This document shows, one piece after another, positions 62,541 through 64,000 of a DNA stretch of 64,000 nt. The stretch is from contig CAVQRZ010000009.1 in NCBI GenBank assembly GCA_963715335.1, forward strand, positions 117,861 through 181,860, in the 5' to 3' direction. Positions within the stretch are counted from its first letter, which is position 1, and every line of letters starts with the position of its first letter. This DNA comes from an uncultured delta proteobacterium (GTDB lineage: Bacteria; Desulfobacterota; Desulfuromonadia; Desulfuromonadales; BM103). Made by a program: the position numbers and the translations under genes. The notes under the pieces were generated by a model. That model had not been told where the DNA came from and ran no database searches. It was given only the letters and a program-made list of their open reading frames with translations.

Positions 62541-63083
62541 TCACCCTTTCGTTAAGGATTCTTCGATTCGTTTAAGTTGAGTTTTGACACAGCCATCAAA
62601 GAGACGGCCAGCGATTTCAGCCTGAAGCCCGCCGATCAGTTCGGGATCAAGCTCGACACTGAGCGCGATCTGTTTGCCGGTCTGTTTTTCCAGGCTGGCG
62701 GCAATCGCCTGCTGCTGGACATCGTCCAGTTCAACGGCTGAGGTAATTTTGGCACTCAGAATACCGGCCAGTTCGTCCGACAAAAGGCGATACTTGTCGG
62801 CAATCTGCCCAAGATAACCGATACGACCTTTGCTCAGGAGCAAGCCGAGGAACTTGACCATTCCTTCGGAAAGTTCCATTGCCTTGCATAAATCGGCCAG
62901 CATGGCCTCTTTCTTGCCAAGGTCGAGGGTGGGGCTATCAAGCAGCTGGCGGAACAGGACCTCCTGGGCCAGGACATCCTTGACCTGGGCCAGCTCGTCG
63001 CCGTAGGTCTCTACGGCTTTTTGTTCCACGCCGAGTTCAACCAGAGCCTTGGCGTACCTTCGGGTAAGGGCACTGACGCTCAA
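62541..63083 (-). CDS. atpH: ATP synthase delta
   Basis: RRYAKAL and DPELIGG motifs. Confidence 0.95.
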   Translation of the reverse strand: MSVSALTRRYAKALVELGVEQKAVETYGDELAQVKDVLAQEVLFRQLLDSPTLDLGKKEAMLADLCKAMELSEGMVKFLGLLLSKGRIGYLGQIADKYRLLSDELAGILSAKITSAVELDDVQQQAIAASLEKQTGKQIALSVELDPELIGGLQAEIAGRLFDGCVKTQLKRIEESLTKG

Positions 63084-63667
63084 TGGAGTTCTCCCATTTT
63101 CTGCATATATTCTTCGACCAGACGCTTCTGGTCATCGGCTGAAACCTGCTTTTTCAGCAAGTCCTCCGCCAGTTCCACGGCCAGCCGCGACGCCTCTTCA
63201 CGCAACTCGGTGCGCGCCTTGGCGACCACACCGGCGGCCTTGTTGTCGGCCTCTCGCTCTATCTTGACCGCCAACTCTTTGGAAGCGGCAATAATCTTGT
63301 CACGCTCCAGTTCGCCTTCACGGCGAATTGCGGCGGTGATGCCTGCGATTTCTTCGGTCGCCTTGGCCAGCTTCTCACTGTATTCACGATGCTTGGCTTC
63401 GGCCGCCTGCTTGGCCGCTTCGGCTTCGGCCAGGGTTTTTTCGATCTCCGCGCTGCGTTCTTTAAGGCCCTTGCGGACCGGCTTGGTCACAAAGTAAACC
63501 AGCAGTCCGGCCATTAGGGCGAAGTTGAAGCAACGGTAGAGGAAATCCTTGAGAAGGACGCCACTGCCGGCATGGCCGCCATCACCGGCAGCAAACGCTG
63601 CGATCGGGGCCAATACCAATGCCGCGAAAAGAAATCCTTTAATGAGCTGAGTTTTGCGCTTTGCCAT
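63080..63667 (-). CDS. atpF: ATP synthase F0 subunit b
   Basis: NFALMAGLL TM segment followed by coiled coil; operon position. Confidence 0.92.
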   Translation of the reverse strand: MAKRKTQLIKGFLFAALVLAPIAAFAAGDGGHAGSGVLLKDFLYRCFNFALMAGLLVYFVTKPVRKGLKERSAEIEKTLAEAEAAKQAAEAKHREYSEKLAKATEEIAGITAAIRREGELERDKIIAASKELAVKIEREADNKAAGVVAKARTELREEASRLAVELAEDLLKKQVSADDQKRLVEEYMQKMGELH

Positions 63668-64000
63668 CAGACAGCCCTCCCCAGAACCTTGCGGACAATC
63701 TCCTTGGCGAGAACATCGGTCTCGTTGCGCAGGGCCCGGCGAGCAGCGTCGGCCTCATGCTGAATCTGTTCCTTGATGGTCTGCAGTTTTTCCGCCGCGG
63801 TCCGGTTCGCTTCACCAAGGATACGGGCTTCTTCTTCCTGTCCAGCCTTGCGCAGGGTTGAACGCTCCTGGGCCCCTTGCAGGCGAGCTTCCTGAAGTTG
63901 GGCTTCGTAGCGGGCAATTTGCGCCTGCACCTGTTCGTCTATGTCATGAACCTTGGCCCTGGAGCCCTCTATCGTCTCCCGGCGTGCCTGCAGAGCAGCC
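63667..64000 (-). CDS. ATP synthase F0 subunit b' (5'-truncated by the window edge)
   Basis: Coiled coil ending IVRKVLGRAV; frame open to the window end. Confidence 0.85.
   Translation of the reverse strand, partial: AALQARRETIEGSRAKVHDIDEQVQAQIARYEAQLQEARLQGAQERSTLRKAGQEEEARILGEANRTAAEKLQTIKEQIQHEADAARRALRNETDVLAKEIVRKVLGRAV

Overview
64 kb of a bacterial chromosome, most likely a Desulfuromonadales/Geobacter-like deltaproteobacterium (sfrBA, atp operon with b' and b subunits, def-fmt-htpX-rsmB-rpe, mfd-PPIase-surA-pdxA). Most of the window is housekeeping: serS with tRNA-Ser(TGA), tRNA-Ser(GCT) and tRNA-Arg(ACG), fumC, rnd, a U32 protein, uvrA, mfd, nadA, tatBC and most of the ATP synthase operon. 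The notable items are: (1) an un-called 50-codon membrane ORF at 35747-35899 with an in-frame TGA, a SECIS-like hairpin and a U-x4-C motif, a candidate small selenoprotein; (2) two 160-bp structured elements, one behind each tRNA-Ser, with a shared co-varying body but ends matched to their own tRNA; (3) a tandem array of two integrase-free islets at tRNA-Arg, delimited by three identical 45-bp att copies and carrying a DpsL ferritin and an AEP-primase/helicase plus RhuM-Fic pair; (4) a sigma54-type operon of helical lipoproteins and L,D-transpeptidases sharing an N-terminal module, possibly an Lpp-like tethering system; (5) several families of palindromic non-coding repeats; (6) a shared TGTATAC-N-GTATACA operator at sfrB and a GntR gene. 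Three genes carry single-base frameshifts that may be assembly errors. No rRNA, CRISPR array, integrase or transposase was seen. All calls are from reading the sequence by eye; no searches were run.
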